From an uncultured bacterium (lineage in GTDB: Bacteria; Bacillota_I; Bacilli_A; RFN20; CAG-826), in assembly GCA_949299335.1 (NCBI GenBank), contig CASGAD010000011.1, positions 29,162 to 93,161 on the forward strand: 64,000 nt of DNA. The letters run 5' to 3'. Position numbers and translations under genes: made by a program. Below the pieces are notes generated by a model. It did not search any database, had not been told where the DNA came from, and saw nothing but the letters and a program-made list of their open reading frames with translations. This document shows positions 19,038 to 29,644 of the stretch, piece after piece. How positions within the stretch are numbered: the first letter of the stretch is position 1; the number at the start of each line of letters is the position of its first letter.

Positions 19038-20344
19038 TGCAATTTTTAGCTAATATATATTTTTCTTATCAATTATTTATGGTTTCTTTTGTCGGAACTT
19101 ATATTTTTGCTCGCAAAGTTCCTAAAAGAGATTATTTTTACGTTACATTTATTATTGGAGCAATTTTAGGATCTATTATCTCTACTATTTTATGGATGGT
19201 TTCTAAACAATATGGTGGAGAATCTCGTCAATTATATGCAACATTATGTTCATTTTTCATATTATTTGAACTATTTATAATCTATTTTATCAGTTATAAA
19301 ATCAACATAATCGAATGTATGACATATGTAATGGCTGGTTGGACTATGCTACATTTAAGCGGAAAAATTCAATATTTTATATGTTTACTTTCGAACATAA
19401 CTGTAGATTATTTTAACTATAGTCGGCAATATACTTTAATAAATACTTTTTGTTTAGTTTTTACTACTCTAATGGCTTATATGTTGCTTAAAGTTTTTTA
19501 TAAAGGCGATACTAGAGTTAGAAATCCTCGTGTTATATTTCCATTAGCAATTATTGTTGCCGTTTCTGTTATTTTAAATGCTTATTCTCCTTATGACGTG
19601 AATAAAAGTTCAGAGCTATTTTTAAATTTTTATGCATTAGCTTTTTGTGTTATATCGCTTTATTTTATTTTTCGGTCGTTTGATAATTCATATCTATTTA
19701 ATCAACTTAGGTTCATTAAAGAACTTGACAAGAAAAAAGCAAATCAATATGAAATGAGTAAAGAGTCAATCGATATAATCAACAACAGAACCCATGATTT
19801 AAAAAAATTTATTTCTAAATTTGGTAACTCAAAGTCGATTTTAACCGAGGAAGAAATAAAGTTATTGGACAAACATATTAGCTATTACGATAAAAGAAGC
19901 AAAATAGGCATTCCTTCACTTGATACGATTATAACTGAAAAAATATTTATTTTCGAAAAAAAGAAAATTAGGTTTAAGTATAATGTTAATCCTGATGGCT
20001 TAAATATTTTTACTGATTTTGAAATTTATACTTTGTTTGGAAATATTCTAGATAATGCTGAAGAAGCTTTGGTTCAATGTGATGAAAAGTATCGTTATGA
20101 TGAATTAATAGTAAGTAAAAATGGAAATTTGTTATCGATACACAATGAAAATTACACCAAAGAAAATGTGAAAATAGAAAAGAATACATTATTTACATCT
20201 AAAAAAGATGTTCTTTTTCATGGATATGGTACAAATTCTATTAAAGAAACTGTAAAAAAATATAATGGGGTGTGTACTTTTTCATGTTCTAATAATGTAT
20301 TTTGTGTTGACATATTAATACCATTAGAAATGAAAAATAGTTAG
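19037..20344 (+). CDS. AgrC/LytS-type sensor histidine kinase (GHKL ATPase, HATPase_c_5)
   Basis: Six N-terminal TM helices, then an ATP-binding domain ending HGYGTNSIKETVKKYNG, typical of the HPK10 (AgrC/ComD/NatK) subfamily that pairs with LytTR regulators. Confidence 0.8.
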   Translation: MQFLANIYFSYQLFMVSFVGTYIFARKVPKRDYFYVTFIIGAILGSIISTILWMVSKQYGGESRQLYATLCSFFILFELFIIYFISYKINIIECMTYVMAGWTMLHLSGKIQYFICLLSNITVDYFNYSRQYTLINTFCLVFTTLMAYMLLKVFYKGDTRVRNPRVIFPLAIIVAVSVILNAYSPYDVNKSSELFLNFYALAFCVISLYFIFRSFDNSYLFNQLRFIKELDKKKANQYEMSKESIDIINNRTHDLKKFISKFGNSKSILTEEEIKLLDKHISYYDKRSKIGIPSLDTIITEKIFIFEKKKIRFKYNVNPDGLNIFTDFEIYTLFGNILDNAEEALVQCDEKYRYDELIVSKNGNLLSIHNENYTKENVKIEKNTLFTSKKDVLFHGYGTNSIKETVKKYNGVCTFSCSNNVFCVDILIPLEMKNS

Positions 20345-20455
20345 TGTATTCGTGCAATGAAAATTGCTATTCGTGAAGCATTTATTGTTTAGCATAGTCA
20401 TTTTTGTATAATTTTTTCAAATGTAAACGCTTACATTTGCTTAAGGAGTGCAAAA

Positions 20456-21940
20456 ATGAATAAAAAATTTTTATGTTTAACTAGTCTCGCAATTTTGGCA
20501 ACTAGTGGCTTAGTGTCTTGCGGAGGCAGTAAAGAAGATAATACGGATAATAATACTAATACAAAACCTGAGACGCCAACAATTAAATATCAATTTTCAG
20601 GTCATTATACAGATGAAACACTTACTGGATACGGCTATGATTGGTATATTTTATTGAATTTGTATACTGATGGCTCTGTAAAAGGAAGTGGCTATAATAT
20701 TCTTTCAATGGATTCAAGTTCATATGAGGATAATGGTGGTTTCAGAGAAAAATGGTATGTAGGAAAATGGAAAGACGCTATTAATGAAGAAGATTTAAAT
20801 TACATTGATTTAAGCGTTAGTTATAGTAGTGATGCTATTAATGATATGGGTGGAAATACTTTAACTGGATCATTTACCTACGAAATTTATACAAAATCCG
20901 ATAATTCAATGTCGTTTACAATTGACGTTCCAGTCTTTTCTGGAAGAAAGCAAGAAATTTCAGGGAGTACAACAATAAATTACAAAGATTTTGATGAATT
21001 TATTCAAAAGAATTTGTATACATGGACAGAGCCAGAATCAATCGCAATCTTTAATAATAGCGAAGGTTCCTTAGCTAGATTGTATGTCCAAGATGAAGGA
21101 AAAGCTCTTTGTTATACTGGTAAGGTTGACCCTGCAACAAAAGAAGCTAAATATGTTATATCAGGTACATGGTCATGGAAAAAAGATGGTGATAAATTAA
21201 TTTTTAATGATGGAACAGTTGACCATGAAGTTGTAATTGAAGGTAAAAAAGGTACTATTGAATATGAACAATCCTTAATGGGACATACTATTAAGTATAA
21301 ATATGTTTGTGAAGATATAACACCTATTTTAGAGGCTGAAGGTAGTCAAGAAGAAACTGCAAAAGAGTTAGTGAAATTTTTAACTGAAGATAATAGTTCT
21401 TCAATTACCTTGTTTGATGATCATTCAGCTAAAATGACAGCTTTTGGTGGAGCTTTAAATGTAAATTATACTTGGGCTCTTGATGGTGATTTATTAACTT
21501 TAGTTGATAATGTTGATTCGAGCAAAAAATTAGAAACTACAATTGTTGATAACAAAGCTCAAATTAATTATTCTGCAAGTTTGGGTGGAAATGATATTGA
21601 CTTGCAATTTATATGTAATGATTTAAGTAAATTAACCGAGTTTGTTGAAAGTGAAATTAAAACTTTAGCTGTTTTTGAAAGCGCAGATAAAACTGCAACA
21701 TTAACAGTTTTATCAAACGGAAAAGCTAATTTAGTCGCTTATGGCGGTATGTTAAAACCTATTTTCAATTGGAAATATGAAAACAATAAATTAACTTTTA
21801 TAGATGCTTCTGATTCTAGTAAAACTATGGAAGCTGTGATTGAAGGGAAGAGTGCCAAAGTTACATATAATGATAACTTAGGTGGGAATGCGATAAGCAT
21901 CGAATTCTCTTGTTCAGATATATCGAATATTATCGGCTAG
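20456..21940 (+). CDS. Lipoprotein with three internal ~100-aa repeats; candidate substrate-binding component of the glycan locus
   Basis: LVSCGGSKEDN lipobox. Repeated blocks ..LVDNVDSSKKLETTIVDNKAQINYSASLGGNDIDLQFICNDLS / ..FIDASDSSKTMEAVIEGKSAKVTYNDNLGGNAISIEFSCSDIS. Confidence 0.55.
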   Translation: MNKKFLCLTSLAILATSGLVSCGGSKEDNTDNNTNTKPETPTIKYQFSGHYTDETLTGYGYDWYILLNLYTDGSVKGSGYNILSMDSSSYEDNGGFREKWYVGKWKDAINEEDLNYIDLSVSYSSDAINDMGGNTLTGSFTYEIYTKSDNSMSFTIDVPVFSGRKQEISGSTTINYKDFDEFIQKNLYTWTEPESIAIFNNSEGSLARLYVQDEGKALCYTGKVDPATKEAKYVISGTWSWKKDGDKLIFNDGTVDHEVVIEGKKGTIEYEQSLMGHTIKYKYVCEDITPILEAEGSQEETAKELVKFLTEDNSSSITLFDDHSAKMTAFGGALNVNYTWALDGDLLTLVDNVDSSKKLETTIVDNKAQINYSASLGGNDIDLQFICNDLSKLTEFVESEIKTLAVFESADKTATLTVLSNGKANLVAYGGMLKPIFNWKYENNKLTFIDASDSSKTMEAVIEGKSAKVTYNDNLGGNAISIEFSCSDISNIIG

Positions 21941-21941
21941 T

Positions 21942-24296
21942 ATGAAAAAGTTTTATAAAAGATTTCTGCTTGTAGGTAGTTTACCTTTTATGCTTATGAG
22001 TTGTGGGGAGCAAGAAATTGAAGATCAAAATCCTAATAATGAAACGCCAATAACTCCAATTGATAAAAGCGATTATCCTTATATCGAATCACTAGATTCA
22101 ACAAAAAAAGAAAATTTAAAAGCAAATTGGATTTGGATTGATAAAGCAACAAGTAACTCATATGTGGCTTTTAGAAAAAAGTTCACATTAAGTGAAGAAC
22201 CAACTAACGCTCTTGCTACAATAGCCTGTGAAGGTAAGTATTATCTTTGGCTAAATGAGAAACTTGCTATTTATGATGGCGGAGTAAAAGGTGGTAGTAC
22301 ATTTTATGATTCATATTACCAGGATATTGATATCACTAAATATCTCAAAAAAGGAGAAAATACATTAGTAATTTTAGCTCATTACATTGGAAGAAGTGGT
22401 AATTCAAGTGTTGACAAATGCAAAGCAGGCATTCTTTTTGAGTTACACTCTGGTAAAGATACAGTAATAAGTGACGGTTCTTTTAAAGCAATGAGGCTTA
22501 AAGAATATCGTAATAGAGGTCTCTTGGGTGGTGACTATCCAGAATATCCACAATCTTCTATGCTTGCAGAGTGGAATGTATATTATGATGCAAACTATGC
22601 AACAGAAGGCTATCAAAACATTAATTTTGATGATTCTTCATGGGACAACGCAAGCGTTGTTGCTAAATTTAAAGAAGCACCATTTAATGATTTATATAAC
22701 GCAATGATTCCTCCATTTTATTTTGATGAAACATATACTTTCTTATCTAGCGAATATATCAATAAACCTTTAACGGAAGATACGGTATTTACTATAAAAC
22801 TACCTGAAAATATGCAATTTTCACCTTATTTTGAGTTAACAAGCGAAAAATCAGGCGCAAGGTTTACCTATTATACAAATACGTATACATCCCAAGGAAT
22901 CAGTAGTTTTAAGGATGATTATATCGCAAAAGAAGGGAAACAAGTGTATGAAAGCTATCCATGGAGAAGCGGGGACGAACTAATAATAGAAGCACAAAAA
23001 GGAATAACATTTAATAAAATTGGCTTTAGAGAAAGCAGATATGCTTCTAATGTTACAGGACAATTTGAAGTTGATAACGAAGAAATCAATAGTTTATGGA
23101 ATAAATGTGTAAATACATTATTGATTTGTATGAGAGATTCATATATGGATTGCCCTGAAAGAGAAAGATCACCTTATATTGGTGATAGTGCGAATCAAAT
23201 TAGTGAGACATTTTATTCTTTGGATAAAAATTCTAATGAATTAACTAAGAAAACAATATTAAATGCGTTAGGTTGGACATCAAAAAATAACGAGATTCCT
23301 TTAAGATCGCCATCAGTTGTTTTAAACGAATGTCCTGCTCAAACATTGAATTTCTTGGTTTCAACATATGAGTATTTAATGTATACAGGTGATGTTGATA
23401 CTTTAAAACTTTTTTATCCTTTAGCTATAAATTATCTAAAACTTTGGTCATTAAATAATGACGGAACGTTGGTTTACAGAAGCGGAACATTTCCTTGGAC
23501 AGATTGGGGTAATGGTAGTGATGATGAAGTTATACAGTATGAGTTTTATTATTATGCATTAACAAAAGTAAAGGAAATATCTGATATACTCGGCATAACT
23601 AGCGATGAAACTTTCTTTAGTGAAAGAATTGAAAAGTTAAAGAATGGTTTTGGTAAGTATAAAAAGGACAATGGTTATAGAAGTAAAGAGTCTTTAGATG
23701 ATAGAGCAAATGCTATGGCAGTTGTTAGTGGATTGGCTACAAAAGAGGACTATCCTATCATACTTAATGTCCTAAAGAATGTTAAACAAGCTAGTCCATA
23801 CATGGAAAAATTTGTTTTAGAAGCTCTTTGTCAGATGGGAAATTATGATGAAGCAATTAAAAGAATGCTTGATCGTTATGGACCTATGATTGATGATCCG
23901 TGCTCTACGTTATGGGAGTTGCGGGATAAAGAAGCAGGAACACAAAATCATGGTCGGTCTGGAGGACCTTTAGTAGCTTTATCTAAATATTTTGGAGGAA
24001 TTACTCCTACAAAAATCGGATATGAAGAATACGAAATTAAATTAAATGATTATTTTTCTTCTATGAATACTAAAGTAGATACACCGCATGGATTTATTTC
24101 TTTGACTTCAAAAAAAGATAACGAATCATTTGTATTTGATTTAAATACAATCAAAAAGAATGGAACTTTATTAATACCGGTTAATCTAGGAAATAATATT
24201 ACTATTACAGGCGATGATTACGAAAAAGTAGAAAATAATAATGGTTATTACGCTTTTAGAATTAAAGGCGAAAAATATAACATAAAAATTAATTGA
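21942..24296 (+). CDS. Alpha-L-rhamnosidase-like glycoside hydrolase (GH78), lipoprotein-anchored
   Basis: LMSCGEQE lipobox. ANWIWID..VAFRKKFTL...GKYYLWLNEKL matches the GH78 N-terminal signature. MDCPERERSPYIGDSANQ corresponds to the rhamnosidase six-hairpin catalytic region (DCPxRER.GW.GD). Confidence 0.75.
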   Translation: MKKFYKRFLLVGSLPFMLMSCGEQEIEDQNPNNETPITPIDKSDYPYIESLDSTKKENLKANWIWIDKATSNSYVAFRKKFTLSEEPTNALATIACEGKYYLWLNEKLAIYDGGVKGGSTFYDSYYQDIDITKYLKKGENTLVILAHYIGRSGNSSVDKCKAGILFELHSGKDTVISDGSFKAMRLKEYRNRGLLGGDYPEYPQSSMLAEWNVYYDANYATEGYQNINFDDSSWDNASVVAKFKEAPFNDLYNAMIPPFYFDETYTFLSSEYINKPLTEDTVFTIKLPENMQFSPYFELTSEKSGARFTYYTNTYTSQGISSFKDDYIAKEGKQVYESYPWRSGDELIIEAQKGITFNKIGFRESRYASNVTGQFEVDNEEINSLWNKCVNTLLICMRDSYMDCPERERSPYIGDSANQISETFYSLDKNSNELTKKTILNALGWTSKNNEIPLRSPSVVLNECPAQTLNFLVSTYEYLMYTGDVDTLKLFYPLAINYLKLWSLNNDGTLVYRSGTFPWTDWGNGSDDEVIQYEFYYYALTKVKEISDILGITSDETFFSERIEKLKNGFGKYKKDNGYRSKESLDDRANAMAVVSGLATKEDYPIILNVLKNVKQASPYMEKFVLEALCQMGNYDEAIKRMLDRYGPMIDDPCSTLWELRDKEAGTQNHGRSGGPLVALSKYFGGITPTKIGYEEYEIKLNDYFSSMNTKVDTPHGFISLTSKKDNESFVFDLNTIKKNGTLLIPVNLGNNITITGDDYEKVENNNGYYAFRIKGEKYNIKIN

Positions 24297-24309
24297 AAGG
24301 ATTTTAAAA

Positions 24310-24915
24310 ATGAAAAACACAAAAATTTTAGGAACAGTTTTAGCAGCAACTTGTTTATTAGGAGTTGCTTCATGTAGTGGGGAGGCTAGTAGCGCAAAAT
24401 CATTAGGATACTACTCAGCAAACAAAACAATTAGTTATCAAAATTTCCAACCAACATACAATTATTTCTTTTTTACAATTAATTCTCAAGGTGTTGAACT
24501 TTTTGACGATAATACATATTGCTTCGATGCAATTCAAATTGTTTATAGCAATGTTACATTTGGACCAGATATTCCTTCTGATAAATTTACAGCAAATGAA
24601 AAAGGACATTCTATCGTTAAATACTATGGTTCATATACAATAAAAGAAGAAGATGCTGATTTTAAAGATGTTACATTATCTGCTCCAACTAGAGTTACTA
24701 CTGTTAGTCAAGGTTCTATGATGATTGACACAGCTAATTGGACTGAAGAAATGAGTACAACTGTTACTCCTGAAGGTGGTGAAGCAGTTACTAGTGAGGC
24801 TTATTTGGCTACACAAAAAGAAAAATTTGGAGAAGGAGTTGATTTGACGATTGTTCTTTCAACATATTCTTTTGCTCACGTTAATGCATTAGATGCTACT
24901 GTTAGTATTGGTTAA
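24310..24915 (+). CDS. Lipoprotein (201 aa), unknown function
   Basis: LLGVASCSGEAS lipobox; 13 nt after the GH78 stop. Confidence 0.55.
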   Translation: MKNTKILGTVLAATCLLGVASCSGEASSAKSLGYYSANKTISYQNFQPTYNYFFFTINSQGVELFDDNTYCFDAIQIVYSNVTFGPDIPSDKFTANEKGHSIVKYYGSYTIKEEDADFKDVTLSAPTRVTTVSQGSMMIDTANWTEEMSTTVTPEGGEAVTSEAYLATQKEKFGEGVDLTIVLSTYSFAHVNALDATVSIG

Positions 24916-24920
24916 TAATT

Positions 24921-27900
24921 ATGGCAAATAAAGGCTTTGCATTTTTAAGAAAAACTTCAAAAATGTGGCAGGGACTAACTGTAGTCTCTGCAGCTTTTTT
25001 ATCTTTATTTCTTGTGCTAACTGACATGGGAGAAAGATATGAAGGCTTTATTAATGATAGATTAGGCATTACAAATAGTGGTTCTTCAGGAACTGCCGAA
25101 CATGTTTATAAAAGTAGATTTGGCGAACTTAATGCAGAAAACTGTAAAAAATTAATTGAAGAAGAAAATAATTTTAATATCCAAGCGATGGAAGAAGGTG
25201 CTGTTTTATTAAGAAATGAAAATAATGCACTTCCATTTGCAGATAATGAAAGAAAAATAACATTATTTGGAAATAACGTAGCTGATCCAGTTTATGCAAC
25301 AAATGGTGGCGGTTCCTCTTTTAAAAAGGAAAGAGGTGGAGACATTTATACTGCTTTCACTAATGCTGGTTTTAAAGTTAACAAGACAATGTATGATGCA
25401 TATGTTAACAGTAATGTAAGACGTGTTTCAAATAGTAATGTAGGCGAAGGTTCGATTGGCGAAGTGCCAGTTTCATTTTATACTGATACATTAAAAGCAA
25501 GTTTTGCGAATGATTATAATGATGCAGCTATTGTATTATTTACTAGATATGGTGGAGAAGGTGTTGATCTTCAAGTAAAAGACATTGATGGAGTCCCTAT
25601 GCTTTCACTTCATCAACAAGAAAAAGATCTTCTTAAGATGATTAAAGATAGTGGCAAATTCAAGAAAACAATAGTTTTGTTTAATTCTCCTTTTGCAATG
25701 GATTTAGAACGGATTGAAAAAGAAGAATATGGAATCGATGCTTGCTTACAATTCGGTGCAGCAGGTGATGTTGGATTTATTGGAATTGCTAATATTTTAA
25801 CCGGAAAAGCAAGTCCATCCGGACATTTAAGTGATACATATGCAACATCTTCTTTAAGTGCACCTGCAATGCAAAACTTTGGTAACTTTAAATATAGTAA
25901 CAACACTACACAATATGAAGATAGTTATGTTGTATATGCTGAAGGTATTTATGTAGGGTATAAGTATTACGAAACAAGATATCAAGACCAAGTTCTTGGA
26001 TTAAATAATGCGAGTGGTAATTATGGGGTTTTTGCAGGAGATAATGGAATTTGGGATTATTCAAAAGAAATGGCTTATCCTTTTGGATATGGATTAAGTT
26101 ACAGTGATTTTACCGAAACGTTAAAATCAGTTACTTGGGATAATCATCAAGTTAAGGCAACAGTCGAGGTTACTAACAATGGACCTAAAGAAGGTTCTAA
26201 CTATGCGATAGATTCTGCTAAGCATGTAGTCCAATTGTATGTTCAACAGCCTTATGAAAAAGGGCAAGCTGAAAAAAGTGCAATTAATTTAATTGGGTTT
26301 AAAAAAGTAGAACTTAAAACAGGCGAAACAAAAACTATCGAAATAGTAGCAGATGACTATTTATTTGCTAGTTATGATGAGAATGCCATTAATGGTAGTG
26401 ATACATCTAAAAAGGGATGTTATGTTTTAGATGCTGGAGATTATCATTTCGCAATTGGATCTAGTTGCCATGATGCTTTAAATAATGTCATTAGGGCTAA
26501 AAATAGCGAGGTCACTTTATATGATGAAAAGGGTAATGAAGTGGCAGGAGATAGCGATAAAGTTGAGACCATTAATCTTGAACAACTTGATAACATTACT
26601 CACTCCAAATCAAAGGTAACAGGTGAAATAATTTCAAATAAGTTAGAAGATATTAATTACAATTATTATGAAGGAAAAGAAAAAATTACTTATTTAACAC
26701 GTAGCGATTGGTCTACATTCCCTAAATCTTATGAAAATTTAGAAGCAAGTGAAAAATTATTAACAGCTTTAAAGGGTCTTACTTATAAAAAGAATGAAGA
26801 AGATAAGTATTCTAGTGTCACACCAGTTAATAGCGATATTAAATTTTGTGATATGGCTGACGTTGATTATGATGATAACGAAAAATGGGATAAGTTTTTA
26901 GATCAATTAACATTATCTGAATTAGCTTCAATTACAGGAGAAAAGATGGGTAATGATGCAGTTGGAACTGGCGAGGGCGGAATTAATAAACCATATAATA
27001 GCAATACTGATGGTCCTAAAGGCATAGGAAGTATTTATGCTAATGGAGATAAAAGCGGCATAACACTTTATGTTGACCAAGTCACTATGTCAAGCACCTT
27101 TAATTTAGATTTATTAAAGGAAAGAGGAGCTTTATTTGCTGAGGATGCTTTATATTCTGGGTATTCAATGGTTTTTGGACCTGGAGCAGACTGGCATAGA
27201 ACTCAATATTCTGGTAGAAATAGTGAATATTATAGTGAAGATCCAAATTTAAGTTTACTTTGCGGAGCTGCACAAGTTAAAGCTATGCAAGAAGGTGGAC
27301 TTATTGCTGCAACAAAACACTTTGCTGGAAATGATCAAGAAACCAATCGTCATGGCGTATCAACATTTAGCACTGAGCAAGGATTTAGAGAAGGCTCATT
27401 AAGATGTTTTGAAGGCGCATTACGTGATGACTTAGGTGGTGGTCTTGGCGTTATGACATGTTTTAATAGAATTGGCGCAACAGCTGGAGCAGCTTATGGT
27501 CCTGTTCAAATTGAGATTTTAAGAGATGAATGGGGTTTTAAAGGAGTTAATTTAACTGATTCCTCTAAAGATGCTTCAGATTATGTCCACACTAGAGAAT
27601 GTTTAGCTGGTGGAACTGATATGTTTAATAATGATTCATCTAGAGCAACTGATGTAATGACAATCATCAGAACAGATAGAGACGGAACTTTATTAAAAGC
27701 ATTAAGAACAGCTAATAAACATTTCTACTATGCTTATAGTCGTTCAAACTTAATAAATGGTTTAAGCCATGATACATTAGTAGAAGACTTTGTTCCATGG
27801 TGGAAAACAGCATTGAAAGCAATGGATATTACCTTCTATTCTATTACTGGGGTATTGGGCGCACTAGTTATAGTTACAACCTCACTTAATTTTATTAATA

Positions 27901-27929
27901 ATAAAAAAGAAAAAGAGGAGTTAAAATAG
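24921..27929 (+). CDS. Glycoside hydrolase family 3 (beta-glucosidase/beta-xylosidase type), membrane-anchored
   Basis: KHFAGND...RHG and EWGFKGVNLTDSS are GH3 hallmark motifs. N-terminal signal-anchor (LTVVSAAFLSLFLVL) and an additional C-terminal TM helix (ITGVLGALVIVTTSL) followed by KKEKEELK. Confidence 0.85.
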   Translation: MANKGFAFLRKTSKMWQGLTVVSAAFLSLFLVLTDMGERYEGFINDRLGITNSGSSGTAEHVYKSRFGELNAENCKKLIEEENNFNIQAMEEGAVLLRNENNALPFADNERKITLFGNNVADPVYATNGGGSSFKKERGGDIYTAFTNAGFKVNKTMYDAYVNSNVRRVSNSNVGEGSIGEVPVSFYTDTLKASFANDYNDAAIVLFTRYGGEGVDLQVKDIDGVPMLSLHQQEKDLLKMIKDSGKFKKTIVLFNSPFAMDLERIEKEEYGIDACLQFGAAGDVGFIGIANILTGKASPSGHLSDTYATSSLSAPAMQNFGNFKYSNNTTQYEDSYVVYAEGIYVGYKYYETRYQDQVLGLNNASGNYGVFAGDNGIWDYSKEMAYPFGYGLSYSDFTETLKSVTWDNHQVKATVEVTNNGPKEGSNYAIDSAKHVVQLYVQQPYEKGQAEKSAINLIGFKKVELKTGETKTIEIVADDYLFASYDENAINGSDTSKKGCYVLDAGDYHFAIGSSCHDALNNVIRAKNSEVTLYDEKGNEVAGDSDKVETINLEQLDNITHSKSKVTGEIISNKLEDINYNYYEGKEKITYLTRSDWSTFPKSYENLEASEKLLTALKGLTYKKNEEDKYSSVTPVNSDIKFCDMADVDYDDNEKWDKFLDQLTLSELASITGEKMGNDAVGTGEGGINKPYNSNTDGPKGIGSIYANGDKSGITLYVDQVTMSSTFNLDLLKERGALFAEDALYSGYSMVFGPGADWHRTQYSGRNSEYYSEDPNLSLLCGAAQVKAMQEGGLIAATKHFAGNDQETNRHGVSTFSTEQGFREGSLRCFEGALRDDLGGGLGVMTCFNRIGATAGAAYGPVQIEILRDEWGFKGVNLTDSSKDASDYVHTRECLAGGTDMFNNDSSRATDVMTIIRTDRDGTLLKALRTANKHFYYAYSRSNLINGLSHDTLVEDFVPWWKTALKAMDITFYSITGVLGALVIVTTSLNFINNKKEKEELK

Positions 27930-27930
27930 T

Positions 27931-28344
27931 ATGAAACAGATCTTTGCAAAATATATAAAAGACAAAACAATTATTTATTTAATCGGCTTATTATTCTCAA
28001 TTATAGCTTTAATCTCCTCAATTCTTTATATTATCATTGATGGTGGAGATAAGAGCTATTCAACAATTTCATTTGTTTTAATGCTTGTAGGCTCTATTCT
28101 ATTTTTCCCAACTATATTTATTAAGTATGACATTCTATCAATAATTCCTGGATTACTTTTTGCTTTTGGATTTGGTGAGGCTTTAAGAGCAACACTTCCT
28201 CCTTTAAGTGATGTTTGGAATGGAGTTAATTTTATTGGCGGTAATGCCTTTTGCGGATTAGCTTTTACAATCATCTTCTTTATATGTATGGTTGTTCAAA
28301 TTGTTGTAATTTTTAACAAAAAATATAAACAATTAGATCAATAA
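27931..28344 (+). CDS. Small integral membrane protein (4 TM), co-transcribed with the GH3 gene
   Basis: Starts 2 nt after the GH3 stop. Hydrophobic segments throughout; no recognisable family. Confidence 0.5.
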   Translation: MKQIFAKYIKDKTIIYLIGLLFSIIALISSILYIIIDGGDKSYSTISFVLMLVGSILFFPTIFIKYDILSIIPGLLFAFGFGEALRATLPPLSDVWNGVNFIGGNAFCGLAFTIIFFICMVVQIVVIFNKKYKQLDQ

Positions 28345-28377
28345 TCCTTTCAAAGCAAGTTTTAAGAGAATTTGCTT

Positions 28378-28405
28378 AAAACTAGGCCTTAGCGCCTAGT
28401 TTTTT
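28378..28405 (+). terminator. Rho-independent terminator ending the glycan-locus transcript
   Basis: AACTAGGC-ctta-GCGCCTAGTT hairpin followed by TTTTT. Confidence 0.6.
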
Positions 28406-28938
28406 CATTATAAAGTTAAACATTAGTAGTGTTTTGGAAAGAATAAAGGTATTGTAAATACTTTCTCATCTTTATTTTTATAAATTCAGCTATTTAAATT
28501 GGTAGAAAAAATCTTGCCTTCTTTTAACGCGTTATTTAAAACTATGTACTAGAAAAGTCTTTAGGCACATCTTTAATTTTTATAGTATCCAACAGGAATA
28601 AAATGAATGCTTTTAAATTCAATGCTTAGAAGTTAGTCGCTTAATATATATAAGGATATATATTAAAGAGTACCATGACTTTCTTATAACCATGTTTAAG
28701 TCCACATTCACAAAAGCTATATTTTATAACCATATTTTACTTTTTTTAATCTAAGGTCTTTTAAAAGAAGATAAAATACTTCATTATTCCTTGATGAAAT
28801 TTATATTATTTTACTATTTCAATAATTAAGGCATTTATTTTTAATATAGATATATTTATTAGTGATAAAAATAAGAAACCACTAGTTGCGTGATTTTTAT
28901 ATAATAGAATTTAAAATAAACTATAAGGAGATGATCTT

Positions 28939-29439
28939 ATGAGATTAAGTGAAAAAATAGTAAAAATTAGAGAAGAAAATAATTTTACGCAAGAAGAAAT
29001 GGCTAAAAAATTATTTGTTAGTAGACAAGCTATCTCAAAATATGAAAGAGGCATAAGTTATCCTTCTTTAGAAGTTTTACGTTTAATCTCTAAAGAATTT
29101 AAAATTAGTATGAATAGTTTATTAGATATTAATGATAGCGAAAAAAGTAAGGAATATAGGGCAATTGGATTTAAGAATTTTAGTTTTATTTTTATATATT
29201 TAGGAATGTTAATAATGTTAATAGTGATTATAACTATATTAAACATTTTATTAATAGATTCTAACATTACTTTAGTGGAAAATATTTTATATAACTCTTT
29301 ACTTGGACTTATCACTTTAAATGTTTTATATCTACTTATTAAATCTATTATTCCTAATAGCAAAGTATTAATCGAATATAATGATTATGGAATTAAAATA
29401 AAAACAATCGAAGAAACTAAAGAAATTCTGTATAAATGA
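28939..29439 (+). CDS. XRE-family helix-turn-helix regulator with C-terminal membrane anchor
   Basis: FTQEEMAKKLFVSRQAISKYERGISYPSLEVLRLIS is an HTH_3 motif, followed by two TM helices. Confidence 0.7.
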   Translation: MRLSEKIVKIREENNFTQEEMAKKLFVSRQAISKYERGISYPSLEVLRLISKEFKISMNSLLDINDSEKSKEYRAIGFKNFSFIFIYLGMLIMLIVIITILNILLIDSNITLVENILYNSLLGLITLNVLYLLIKSIIPNSKVLIEYNDYGIKIKTIEETKEILYK

Positions 29440-29644
29440 ATAAAGTTAAATTGTTATGCAATTAAATGAAAAAATACCAGATTTGCGGAGTTATTTTTTA
29501 CCATTAAATAAGTTTTATAAAAAAATTCAATAATAAAATTGTTTATTTTTTTAATTACTTAAGTTTTTTTAATTAGTTATATTTATTATCACTATTGAAT
29601 AGAAAGATAGATTTTTTATAATAGTCGTAATAGAGGGAAACACT

